Assembly (NCBI GenBank): GCA_005799025.1
Contig: SYHX01000052.1
Location: 1-59,678, forward strand
Reading direction: 5' to 3'
Source of the DNA: Bacteroidota bacterium
GTDB lineage: Bacteria > Bacteroidota > Bacteroidia > UBA7662
Length of the DNA stretch: 59,678 nucleotides
Shown one piece after another: positions 20,161 through 28,943 of this stretch. The position numbers were made by a program, and so were the translations under genes. The notes under the pieces are model-generated. The model saw only the letters and a program-made list of their open reading frames with translations, searched no databases and was not told the origin of the DNA. The first letter of the stretch is position 1. The number at the start of each line of letters is the position of its first letter.

Positions 20161-21564
20161 TTAAGCTCCATAGAGGGTATTTCGGGCTTCTTGGAGGATG
20201 GCCTCCGTTTCTTCTCGGGTATTGGATTCAGCATAAATCCTCAAAACAGGCTCGGTTCCAGAAGCGCGAAACATTACCCAGTCATTTTCGTTTAGCCAAC
20301 ATTTGAAGCCATCGGTCGATTCAGTTCGTTGCACGGTATAGGGTCCGAAATGAGTGTATGCCCCATTAGCCAATTGAGTCATGACTTCCGTCTTGTGTCC
20401 ATCTTCGATGTGCAAGTCCCATCGATCATACCAAAAGGTACCAGAAATAGCGTAGACTTCCTGGATAAGTTCTTCCAAGGTTTTGCCGGATTTGGCCATG
20501 TATTCCATCAGGGTCAAACCGATCCATATCCCATCCCTTTCGGGGATATAGCCGTCAATCGCGATCCCACCAGACTCTTCGCCTCCGACCAAAACCCCTC
20601 CCTTGCACATGATTTCACAAATGTATTTGAATCCTATGGGGGTGACCTCAAGGTCTAGACCGTAGTATTCGCATACTTTGGCTATACGGGGACTTACCGA
20701 AAAGGAAACGACGACACGGCCTCTTCGCTTTTGGACTCCTGCTAAGTAGGCTACTAATAACATCAAAATATGATGGGAATCCACAAAATTTCCTGAAGAA
20801 TCCACAAGCCCGATGCGATCGGCATCACCATCTACGGCCAAGCCAATTTTCAAATGGGTTTGATTCGCCATAGTTGTGGAAAGCTCATGGAGATTGCGAG
20901 CAATGGGTTCAGGGGCCTGGCCGTTGAAGCCAGGATTGTGCTGGCAATGAAGTAAATGAGCTTTGGGAAACAAGGCCGGAATAACGCCTTGACCCGCCCC
21001 GTACATTGCATCGAAGGCAAGGCCATGGGAAATACCGGCGATAGCTTCCAAATCAAAATTCGAGCGAATTTCTTCGAGGTAAGCCTGCATGAGGTCTATT
21101 TTCTGGACCATTCCTTGCGAAATCCAATAATCCATAGAACGGGTCAGCGTGGGAATCTCATCCGGAATAAGTTCCTCGACTTCGCTAATCATGGATGGAA
21201 TGGCAGGACCTCCATAGTGAGCTTTGATTTTGAATCCGTTGTATGCCGGTGGATTGTGGCTGGCGGTGAGAATAATACCTGCCTGGGCCCTATTTTGACA
21301 AGTACCTAAAGAAACCATGGGAGTGGATACAAAGTCGTTTTGGTCCCAAAGAACTTTGACCCCACTTTGAGCCAAGACTCTGGCAACCACCTCGGCAAAC
21401 ATGCGTCCTCCAAAGCGGCAGTCTGACCCCAAAACCACCAATGGCTGCGAATTATGCTTGAGAAGCCAAGATGCCGTTCCCTGAGCAACCCTTGATACAT
21501 GATCTACAGTGAATTCACGAGCGATAATCGCGCGCCATCCATCGGTTCCGAATTTGATTTTCAT
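20161..21564 (-). CDS. Alpha-D-phosphohexomutase (phosphoglucomutase/phosphomannomutase family)
   Basis: Motifs seen are MKIKFGTDGWRAII, the active-site loop TASHNPPAYNGFK, the metal loop AVDGDADR and GEESGG. I chose ATG 21564 over the upstream ORF start 21633. Confidence 0.87.
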   Translation of the reverse strand: MKIKFGTDGWRAIIAREFTVDHVSRVAQGTASWLLKHNSQPLVVLGSDCRFGGRMFAEVVARVLAQSGVKVLWDQNDFVSTPMVSLGTCQNRAQAGIILTASHNPPAYNGFKIKAHYGGPAIPSMISEVEELIPDEIPTLTRSMDYWISQGMVQKIDLMQAYLEEIRSNFDLEAIAGISHGLAFDAMYGAGQGVIPALFPKAHLLHCQHNPGFNGQAPEPIARNLHELSTTMANQTHLKIGLAVDGDADRIGLVDSSGNFVDSHHILMLLVAYLAGVQKRRGRVVVSFSVSPRIAKVCEYYGLDLEVTPIGFKYICEIMCKGGVLVGGEESGGIAIDGYIPERDGIWIGLTLMEYMAKSGKTLEELIQEVYAISGTFWYDRWDLHIEDGHKTEVMTQLANGAYTHFGPYTVQRTESTDGFKCWLNENDWVMFRASGTEPVLRIYAESNTREETEAILQEARNTLYGA

Positions 21565-21668
21565 GACCCAAATATAAATCTCAAGGATAAAGTGCTGTGG
21601 CATTGCAGAGATCTTGCTGCTCTTTTTGCCCAAAACCTTGTACTTTTACACAGTTAAAGCGACTTTCC

Positions 21669-22127
21669 ATGAAAAAAGACTCCTTGGAACAAGACCTTAG
21701 AGCCCTAATCGCATTGCGAAATAAATTAAGTGGGTTGCATTATTCAGATTCTGCCTACGACGAAGTGGAAGATGCGATGATGGAGGCCGAGGACGCCTTT
21801 AACGAGAAGCACGGCCATTATTTGGAGTCCAAACTCCACAAAATTCATGAAGCTCATTTTCCTGGTCAAGAAGTATTGTTGCCGACTGCTTATATGGCCT
21901 CTTATTATAACGATTCGGTTATTGAAGAGGGCGGCTACGAGCTGCCTATGGATGAAGGTATTTTGGTGGATTGGGAATCTGCGGGGCAATCAACACGTCG
22001 GGCCAAATTAGTTCTGGTTCCAGCTCCCTTGCGTTTCATGCTTTTTGATGGGGAAGCGTTGCAAATGTTATGGTCCATAGAGAATGAGGAGGTATACCAT
22101 GTTCCGCAAAGCAATGGTGAACATTAA
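21669..22127 (+). CDS. Hypothetical acidic cytoplasmic protein (152 aa)
   Basis: The ORF has an ATG at 21669 (MKKDSLEQDL...). It has no signal peptide and no motif I recognise. It ends 8 nt before the MbnP-like gene on the same strand. Confidence 0.5.
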   Translation: MKKDSLEQDLRALIALRNKLSGLHYSDSAYDEVEDAMMEAEDAFNEKHGHYLESKLHKIHEAHFPGQEVLLPTAYMASYYNDSVIEEGGYELPMDEGILVDWESAGQSTRRAKLVLVPAPLRFMLFDGEALQMLWSIENEEVYHVPQSNGEH

Positions 22128-22135
22128 TTAGCCTT

Positions 22136-22966
22136 ATGTTAATATTCAAATTCATGAAAAGTTACTTCATTTTCAATCTACAAATCTTGGGGTTTGGCAT
22201 ACTCTTAACTTTAATGTTAGGGTGTCAGCCAAATTCCCCTGAACCGCCCAACAACACAGGTTTAATTTTGGAATTAAACCATGTTTACGAAGTGGGACTA
22301 CCACCAGCGGCTTCCGTTCCTTTAGTTCTCAACCAAAGCTGGTTGCCCACCGCTATGAACCAAATTGAGATCAACCATTGTCAATATTATTTAACAGGCT
22401 TTGCTTTGCAGCGCTCGGACAGTACTTGGTTAGAATTTCCGGATGCAGTGGCCTATGCAGACTTGGAGCGTCAGTTTCAATATGCTTGGAAAATTTCTGA
22501 TACTGCTCCTGCCGGAACCTTTATTGGATATCGCATGGCCGTGGGTATAGATTCCCTACGAAACCACAGTGACCCCGCTGGATGGCCAGCGTCCAATCCA
22601 CTTTCTTTATTTAACAGTGCGCACATGCATTGGAATTGGAACACAGGGTATATTTTTTTCAAATTAGAAGGACAGTATCAACGTGTGGATCCGCCCTTAA
22701 ACGGGGGATTTTCCTATCATTTGGGCGGGGACTTCTTCTATCGCCCTATAATTCTCCGATTTCCACCGACTACATTAAACAAAGTTTTGGAAACCATGAA
22801 GGTTGAATTGCGTTTGCGTCAATTTTTTGACGGCAGCCACATCCATTGGATCACGGATTCTTCCTCATTTTCTCATGCATCCTTGGGGGACCGTGTTGCC
22901 GAGAAATTAGCTTCCAATCTTGGCGTTGCCTTTGAATGGAAAGGAATATCAAATACCAACCCCTAA
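22136..22966 (+). CDS. MbnP-like lipoprotein (partner of di-haem MauG/MbnH-type enzymes)
   Basis: Lipobox LTLMLGC. The strings INHCQYYLTGFAL and HMHWNWNTGYIFFKLEG resemble, from memory, the YYISN... and WSWxxGYxFxKxEG strings of Bacteroidota proteins annotated as MbnP family. Its position directly upstream of a di-haem peroxidase fits. The family call is tentative. Confidence 0.5.
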   Translation: MLIFKFMKSYFIFNLQILGFGILLTLMLGCQPNSPEPPNNTGLILELNHVYEVGLPPAASVPLVLNQSWLPTAMNQIEINHCQYYLTGFALQRSDSTWLEFPDAVAYADLERQFQYAWKISDTAPAGTFIGYRMAVGIDSLRNHSDPAGWPASNPLSLFNSAHMHWNWNTGYIFFKLEGQYQRVDPPLNGGFSYHLGGDFFYRPIILRFPPTTLNKVLETMKVELRLRQFFDGSHIHWITDSSSFSHASLGDRVAEKLASNLGVAFEWKGISNTNP

Positions 22967-22979
22967 GCCAAAGGGAACA

Positions 22980-24053
22980 GTGACTAATTTCCGATTTGCT
23001 TGGTTTCTGTTATTAGGACTTCTGTTGTTTGGTTGTAGGCCCGACAAGTCTAGAATTTTCCCTGCACCCACAACCTACAGCATAGATTTACCGCCACCTG
23101 GTCTTGGATTCCCCTCGTTGCCTTGGCCTACGGACAATCTTGCCACGGTCGAGGGTATTGCTTTGGGTCGTAAACTTTTTTACGATAAGGAATTGAGTTT
23201 GGATAGAACGGTAGCATGCGCATCTTGCCACCTGCCAAATCATGCATTCACGGATACTTTGGTGTATTCAAGAGGCGTGAACGGTACGCTAGGAACTCGC
23301 AATGCGATGCCTCTTTTTAATTTGTTATGGGCCAATCGTTTCTTTTGGGATGGACGCTCACCCAACCTCAGGGATCAGGTGGTTCAGCCTGTTCAAGATC
23401 CGTTGGAAATGCATTTGCCCTTGGAAGTGGCCCTATCTAGGCTTCAAGGTGATGCAGCGTACAGGGAGCGGTTTGGCAAGGCCTTTGGCGATGAAACGGT
23501 GAATGTCGAGCGCTTCCAAAAAGCGCTGGAGCAATTCCTCTTGTCCATGACTTCTTGGCGCTCCAAGTTTGACAAGGCCCGAATGGGACAGGCTACCATG
23601 AATCCTTCTGAGCAGCGGGGTTTGGATCTGTTCATGCGTGAATATTCTGCACCAAATACAGGGAGGCCATTAGGTGCCGATTGTTTCCACTGCCATGGAG
23701 GAGCACTTTTTACCAACCGTTTATTTGAAAACAATGGACTGGACTCGGTTCTCAAAACAGGCTATCAAGTGGTTACAGGGCTAGCAGGGGATCGAGGTAA
23801 ATTCAAGGTTCCTTCGCTTCGGAATGTGGGACTCACTTCACCGTATATGCACGATGGCCGCTTTGCTACTTTGGAGCAAGTTATTGATCATTATGATCAT
23901 GGCATCGTACAGAGCAGTACTTTGGATGCCAACCTAAGGATTCAGTCCGGTGGTTTGCGGCTGAGTTCTCAGGACAAGGCAGACCTTATTGCCTTTCTGC
24001 ATACCTTGACCGACAGCACGCTCGTTTCCAATCCTGCCTTCACTGAGCCTTGA
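22980..24053 (+). CDS. Di-haem cytochrome c peroxidase / MauG / MbnH-family lipoprotein
   Basis: There are two CxxCH haem motifs (ACASCH and CFHCH), a FWDGR motif between the haem sites, and PSLRNVGLTSPYMHDG. The ORF track starts at TTG 22920, which overlaps the upstream gene. GTG at 22980 gives the lipoprotein signal (M)TNFRFAWFLLLGLLLFGC. Confidence 0.85.
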   Translation: MTNFRFAWFLLLGLLLFGCRPDKSRIFPAPTTYSIDLPPPGLGFPSLPWPTDNLATVEGIALGRKLFYDKELSLDRTVACASCHLPNHAFTDTLVYSRGVNGTLGTRNAMPLFNLLWANRFFWDGRSPNLRDQVVQPVQDPLEMHLPLEVALSRLQGDAAYRERFGKAFGDETVNVERFQKALEQFLLSMTSWRSKFDKARMGQATMNPSEQRGLDLFMREYSAPNTGRPLGADCFHCHGGALFTNRLFENNGLDSVLKTGYQVVTGLAGDRGKFKVPSLRNVGLTSPYMHDGRFATLEQVIDHYDHGIVQSSTLDANLRIQSGGLRLSSQDKADLIAFLHTLTDSTLVSNPAFTEP

Positions 24054-24985
24054 GGACCTTTTTCTTAGGACAGATTTTGGTGATAATGATCTTCACATCA
24101 TGCGATGATCAAAGCATCGAAGGTCCCAAATCTTATTCGAAACAAGACCATGGAGAATCAGTGTTTGTTTCTTCTTCTTCTGCCTTAGGACAAGTTTTTT
24201 TTAGCGATCCGAGATTTTCCAGTGATGGCCGTGTGGCTTGTTCTTCATGCCATAGGGCAGAATTTGCGTTTGCCGATACAACGGCCATTTCAAGGGGTGT
24301 GTGGGGTAGACAAGGTATCCGAAATACACCCACTTTGGTGGGACTCCATGATGATATTCTACTCATGTGGGATGGGGGGGTTACCCCGCTACGTCACGGA
24401 AGTCAAGGCATCTTGGCTGCTTTGACCGCTCATCGTGACCAGGATATGAACCCCATTGACTTGGAAAAGAAATTGAGGCATTTTATAAATTATAAATTGA
24501 TTTTAAATCGATTATATCCTCGTCATTCCTTGGCGGCAGGATATCTCTTGTCCATCCGAGAATATGTGAGAGAGGTTGCCACCATTTCGAAAACAAGGGA
24601 TCGAAGTGCCAAAAACTCAAATGGTATTAAAAATAATTTCCAAAAAAATATAATCAACCAAGGTCTTGTCTTGTTCCAAGGCAAGGCAGGTTGTATTAGC
24701 TGCCACCATGGCCCCTCCTTGACCGACGGACGCTTCTATAATTTAGGTTTGGACTCGGTGGACCCAGGAAGGGCTGCCATTACATTATTGGAAGAAGACA
24801 GAGGCCGTTTTCGGACTCCACCGTTGGTGTTCCTCAAGAAGACGGCCCCGTATTTTCACAATGGATCTGCTCAGACATTAAATAATGTGTTGCAGCACTA
24901 CATAAATGGAGCGGGCGAGGCAGGGCAAATCAGCCTTAATTCAACAGAGCAAAACGCATTGCTAGCCTACCTAAATTCGCTGTAA
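24050..24985 (+). CDS. Second, shorter and more divergent di-haem cytochrome c peroxidase/MauG-like lipoprotein
   Basis: Motifs seen are CSSCH, CISCH, MWDGG and TAPYFHNG. The lipobox is IFTSC. The TTG start overlaps the preceding TGA (TTGA), which suggests translational coupling. Confidence 0.75.
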   Translation: MRTFFLGQILVIMIFTSCDDQSIEGPKSYSKQDHGESVFVSSSSALGQVFFSDPRFSSDGRVACSSCHRAEFAFADTTAISRGVWGRQGIRNTPTLVGLHDDILLMWDGGVTPLRHGSQGILAALTAHRDQDMNPIDLEKKLRHFINYKLILNRLYPRHSLAAGYLLSIREYVREVATISKTRDRSAKNSNGIKNNFQKNIINQGLVLFQGKAGCISCHHGPSLTDGRFYNLGLDSVDPGRAAITLLEEDRGRFRTPPLVFLKKTAPYFHNGSAQTLNNVLQHYINGAGEAGQISLNSTEQNALLAYLNSL

Positions 24986-25002
24986 ATTCCACAGGGGGGA
25001 AA

Positions 25003-26478
25003 TTAAGGGATCTCAATGCCGTAAAAGCCTTTGGTGCCATTGGGGTACAGTCCCTCAATGAGCAGCCCACCTTTCTTCCCACGAACAAGCTCCCGCAAAA
25101 CCTTTGGGCTGTTGACCGCGGTTTTGTCCACCTTGGTGATAATAAAACCCTCTCGGATGCCACTTTCCTTTAATTTGCCGTTCCCTAATTTGTTGATTTT
25201 GACCCCGGATTCTATTTTAAGGCTTTCGAGTTCTTTGCGGGATGCACCCTCAAGTTTGGCACCCAGCCAATCACTTGCCTCTTCCTTGGGGGCCGCTTTG
25301 ACCAATTCAGCTTTGCCATCGGAATTGCGTAATTTGACTTCGTAGGTTTGGGATTTTCCTTTACGGTTAATCTCCAAAGCAACTTTTTCGCCAGGTCTTT
25401 TACGGCCCACGATTTCCATAAGTTCTGGGGTGGATTTGATACTTTGTCCCTCGACTTTGGTTATCACGTCGCCCTTCTGGATTCCTGCTTCTTCTGCAGC
25501 TGAATTTGGCATGAAGTCGGCTACGTAGGCTCCACTAATTACTTCGAGGCTTTCGCTTTCGACCAAGGCTGCATCCACGTCCCTGATTTGGATGCCAAGG
25601 AAGCCACGCTGCACTGCTCCGTGGACCTTGAGATCCTCCACGACTTTGGTCACCAAATTTGCGGGAATAGCAAAGGCATATCCTTGATAAGCCCCTGTGC
25701 TCGATGCGATAGCGGTATTTATACCGATCAATTCACCCTGCACATTGACTAATGCTCCTCCACTGTTTCCTGGATTAACTGCGGCATCGGTTTGTATAAA
25801 GGCCTCAAGGCTAGTACCACCGCCCAAGATATTGATGTTACGGGCCTTAGCAGATACGATGCCTGCGGTAACGGTGGAATTCAAGTTGAAGGGGTTGCCT
25901 ACAGCCAAAACCCATTCTCCGATTTGAAGCTTATCTGAATTTCCTATTTTAACAAATGGTAAATCATTGGCTTCGATTTTGACCACAGCAAGGTCAGAGC
26001 TTGGGTCTTGGCCGATTACCTTTCCGTTGAAGCTACGTTTGTCGTTCAAAATGACTTCAATTTCGTCCGCTTCTTTGATAACATGATTATTGGTCACGAT
26101 ATACCCATCCGCAGAGAGGATGACTCCTGATCCAGAACCCATTTGAGGGCCCTTTGGCATCATATCGGGACCATTGAAAAAGTCCCGAAACATATCCATA
26201 CCCGGAGGGATTTCGCCATTGAAGGATCCTTGGGCACTTCCTTTGGTTTTAATGTGCACCACAGATGGCGTCACCGTAGCAGCGGTAGTTACAAAATTGG
26301 GATGTTCCACAATATGCTCAGGAAAGGCAGTCAAATTGACAGGGGCAGATCCCCAATTGGCAGGGTGCAAGGCAGGCCTTTTTTGAAGTCCGTACACAAT
26401 CCAGGCTCCAAACAAGCTACCCAAAAAAGCGACAAGCACAATACCTCCGTATTGACGAAATTTTGACATAATATTCAT
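25003..26478 (-). CDS. htrA: Do/HtrA/DegP-family periplasmic serine endopeptidase with two PDZ domains
   Basis: Trypsin-fold triad context: TNNHV, DLAVVKI and GNSGGALVN. Two PDZ-like regions follow. ATG 26478 (MNIMSKFRQYGGIVLVAFLG) is preferred to the TTG at 26526. Confidence 0.9.
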   Translation of the reverse strand: MNIMSKFRQYGGIVLVAFLGSLFGAWIVYGLQKRPALHPANWGSAPVNLTAFPEHIVEHPNFVTTAATVTPSVVHIKTKGSAQGSFNGEIPPGMDMFRDFFNGPDMMPKGPQMGSGSGVILSADGYIVTNNHVIKEADEIEVILNDKRSFNGKVIGQDPSSDLAVVKIEANDLPFVKIGNSDKLQIGEWVLAVGNPFNLNSTVTAGIVSAKARNINILGGGTSLEAFIQTDAAVNPGNSGGALVNVQGELIGINTAIASSTGAYQGYAFAIPANLVTKVVEDLKVHGAVQRGFLGIQIRDVDAALVESESLEVISGAYVADFMPNSAAEEAGIQKGDVITKVEGQSIKSTPELMEIVGRKRPGEKVALEINRKGKSQTYEVKLRNSDGKAELVKAAPKEEASDWLGAKLEGASRKELESLKIESGVKINKLGNGKLKESGIREGFIITKVDKTAVNSPKVLRELVRGKKGGLLIEGLYPNGTKGFYGIEIP

Positions 26479-26606
26479 TTTAAGAGTTAACGATTTTCCC
26501 TCAGCAATGTTCAAAAATCGTGCCAAAAGCTGGGATTGGCTTAAAGAACGTTCCCCTTACTCCGTTAGTATGTTTGCCTTAGTCCTAAAATCACGTCTTC
26601 CCTTCT

Positions 26607-27494
26607 ATGCAATTTGAATTTTATAAATACCAGGCTTGCGGTAATGATTTTGTTTTGGTGGATCTCATTTCTCCAACTACGACTTGGGCTACCCAGGCGT
26701 TTGATTCAAGGTTTTGGCAAAATGAAGCGGTGATGAGCATATGCTGCGATCGAAAATTTGGCGTAGGTGCAGATGGAATATTGGTTTTATTGCCCGTTAA
26801 GGAGTCTACTGACAAAAATCAAGACAAGCAGAGTAAGGCCGCCTATTACCTTCATTACTTGAATGCGAATGGCAAAGAAGGGTCATTGTGCGGTAACGGT
26901 TCGCGGTGTGCAGCGTCTCATGCTTTTCGCAAGGGTTATTTCCAAGGAGTTGAAGGGATTTTTGACTCAAGTGATGGAGAGCATCAAGTTTTACAGACTT
27001 CTGATGGTATGATTGCCTTGAGTATGCAAGCTCCTAAGGACATAAAGGTTTTAGAAATAGGAACCTATATTAACACTGGATCACCGCATTTGGTGTTGCC
27101 TGTTCGAGATCTTGTTAATTACCCAGTAGAACGCGAGGGCAGGTCTCTACGCGAACATTCGCTCTTTATGCCTATCGGTACCAATGTCAATTTCATGGAG
27201 GCAATTGATCTTAATCATTTGAAGATAAGAACATACGAACGTGGTGTGGAAGCAGAAACGCTTAGTTGTGGAACTGGGGCGGTAGCCTGCGCATTATTGC
27301 ATATGCAACAAAATTTAGCTGAGTTCAGCGACTCTGTTGCAGAAATTAATTTGCATTTCCGAGGAGGCAAAATGAAGGTAACCGCCTGCGTTGATTCTGT
27401 GGGTTCTATTCAACAAATAAACTTAATTGGCCCTGCTCATTGTGCATTCAAAGGTTTGTGGATGGGCTTTTCAGGCAAAACCTATAATTGGTGA
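26607..27494 (+). CDS. dapF: Diaminopimelate epimerase
   Basis: Motifs seen are FYKYQACGNDFVLVD and the catalytic Cys contexts LCGNGSRC and SCGTGAVA. Confidence 0.9.
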   Translation: MQFEFYKYQACGNDFVLVDLISPTTTWATQAFDSRFWQNEAVMSICCDRKFGVGADGILVLLPVKESTDKNQDKQSKAAYYLHYLNANGKEGSLCGNGSRCAASHAFRKGYFQGVEGIFDSSDGEHQVLQTSDGMIALSMQAPKDIKVLEIGTYINTGSPHLVLPVRDLVNYPVEREGRSLREHSLFMPIGTNVNFMEAIDLNHLKIRTYERGVEAETLSCGTGAVACALLHMQQNLAEFSDSVAEINLHFRGGKMKVTACVDSVGSIQQINLIGPAHCAFKGLWMGFSGKTYNW

Positions 27495-27566
27495 TTTATT
27501 TTTGAAAAAGATTCTTCGGTCCTCTAATCCACCACTTCGTTTAAGATTATTTACAAACTCGAATCC

Positions 27567-28943
27567 ATGACATTAATAGCATCCGTTTCAGGAATTCGAG
27601 GAACCATAGGTGGTCAACCTGGCTCGAATTTGACGCCTAACGATATCGTTTCTTTCGTCAATGCCTATGCAGGCATGTTGCTCGAAAAGGGGCATGGTCG
27701 CAAAGTTGTGGTGGGTCGTGATGCCCGTATTTCAGGAGAAATGGTGAGTCGCTTGGTTTGCGGCACCTTGATGGCTTGCGGATTAGATGTCATTGATTTA
27801 GGATTGACCACCACTCCAACCCTCGAGATGCAGGTACCTCGTGTTGGTGCATCAGGCGGTATTGTATTAACAGCATCTCATAATCCGGGGGAATGGAATG
27901 CCCTGAAATTATTGGATCACCACGGTTGCTTTATTAGCACTGAACAAGGGGCATCTCTGCTCTATAAGGTACAAAGTGGGGAAACAATCCCGTACGCTGC
28001 CGTGCATGAATTGGGCCAGTACCATTACGATGAATTCGCTTTGGATGCTCATATTCAAGATATTTTGGCTTTGCCCTTGGTGAATCGTCAAGCAATTGCA
28101 GACGCTGGCTTGCATGTTTTGGTAGATGGAATCAATTCGTCGGGTGCTGTGGCAGTTCCCGCGCTATTGGCCCAATTGGGCGTTCACCGTGTAGAGGTAT
28201 TGAATGAAGAGCCCAACGGCCATTTTGCTCATAACCCGGAACCTCTGCGAGAACATTTGGATGAGGTTTGCTCTGAGGTGGTTTCACGTCAAGTCCATTT
28301 GGGCATTGTAGTTGACCCCGATGTGGATAGACTCGCCTTCGTGATGGAGAATGGGGATTTGTTCGGAGAAGAATATACCTTGGTCGCAGTTGCGGATTAT
28401 GTAATGCGGCATCGTCCAGGTCCAGCAGTTTCCAATTTAAGTTCATCTAGGGGCCTTCGTGATTTATGCAACAGGTATCAACAGCCATATCATGCCTCAC
28501 CGGTAGGCGAAGTACATGTGGTCAAGGCTATGCGCGAAACAGGGGCTGTGATAGGGGGAGAAGGGAATGGAGGCATCATATTCCCTGATTTACATTACGG
28601 AAGGGATGCCTTGGTGGGTATTGCATTGTTTCTTACGCATTATGTGGAACAAGGACTGTCGATGAGTCAATTGAGATCCAAATACCCAGCCTACAGTATG
28701 GCCAAAGAAAAGGTGACCTTCGACCCCCACGCAAATCCTGAATTAATGTTGAAACGTTTGGCCGATTCTTTTCCTAATGCTGTGAAAAATTGGTCTGACG
28801 GACTCAAAATTGATTTGGAGGAAGGTTGGTTGCATGTCCGTAAATCCAATACGGAACCCATATTGCGCATTTATTCCGAAGCAGTTCAGGCGAGTGCCGC
28901 CGCCGAACTTGCGGCCAAAGCTCGCCAAATCCTAGGTTCATGA
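27567..28943 (+). CDS. glmM: Phosphoglucosamine mutase (Bacteroidota type)
   Basis: Motifs seen are LIASVSGIRGTIGG, TASHNPGEWNALK, DPDVDR and GEGNGG. The protein is 458 aa. Confidence 0.85.
   Translation: MTLIASVSGIRGTIGGQPGSNLTPNDIVSFVNAYAGMLLEKGHGRKVVVGRDARISGEMVSRLVCGTLMACGLDVIDLGLTTTPTLEMQVPRVGASGGIVLTASHNPGEWNALKLLDHHGCFISTEQGASLLYKVQSGETIPYAAVHELGQYHYDEFALDAHIQDILALPLVNRQAIADAGLHVLVDGINSSGAVAVPALLAQLGVHRVEVLNEEPNGHFAHNPEPLREHLDEVCSEVVSRQVHLGIVVDPDVDRLAFVMENGDLFGEEYTLVAVADYVMRHRPGPAVSNLSSSRGLRDLCNRYQQPYHASPVGEVHVVKAMRETGAVIGGEGNGGIIFPDLHYGRDALVGIALFLTHYVEQGLSMSQLRSKYPAYSMAKEKVTFDPHANPELMLKRLADSFPNAVKNWSDGLKIDLEEGWLHVRKSNTEPILRIYSEAVQASAAAELAAKARQILGS

Noticed and set aside
19863-20306. 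ORFs of 147 aa and 106 aa on the + strand in the gap downstream of the phosphohexomutase gene.
   Set aside because: The region is the reverse complement of RNase P RNA. The ORFs are artefacts of a structured, GC-rich RNA gene.
21598-21617. TGGCAT...TTGC in the divergent region upstream of the 21669 ORF, a possible sigma-54 promoter near the response regulator.
   Set aside because: The spacing between TGGCAT and TTGC is 10 nt rather than the required 5 nt, so the GG and GC dinucleotides are out of register.
28281-28293. GTTTCACGTCAAG inside glmM, resembling half of a parS site (TGTTNCACGTGAAACA).
   Set aside because: Only the left half matches, with about 5 mismatches over the 16-mer and no dyad symmetry. 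I found no convincing parS by eye anywhere near parAB, although I cannot scan exhaustively.
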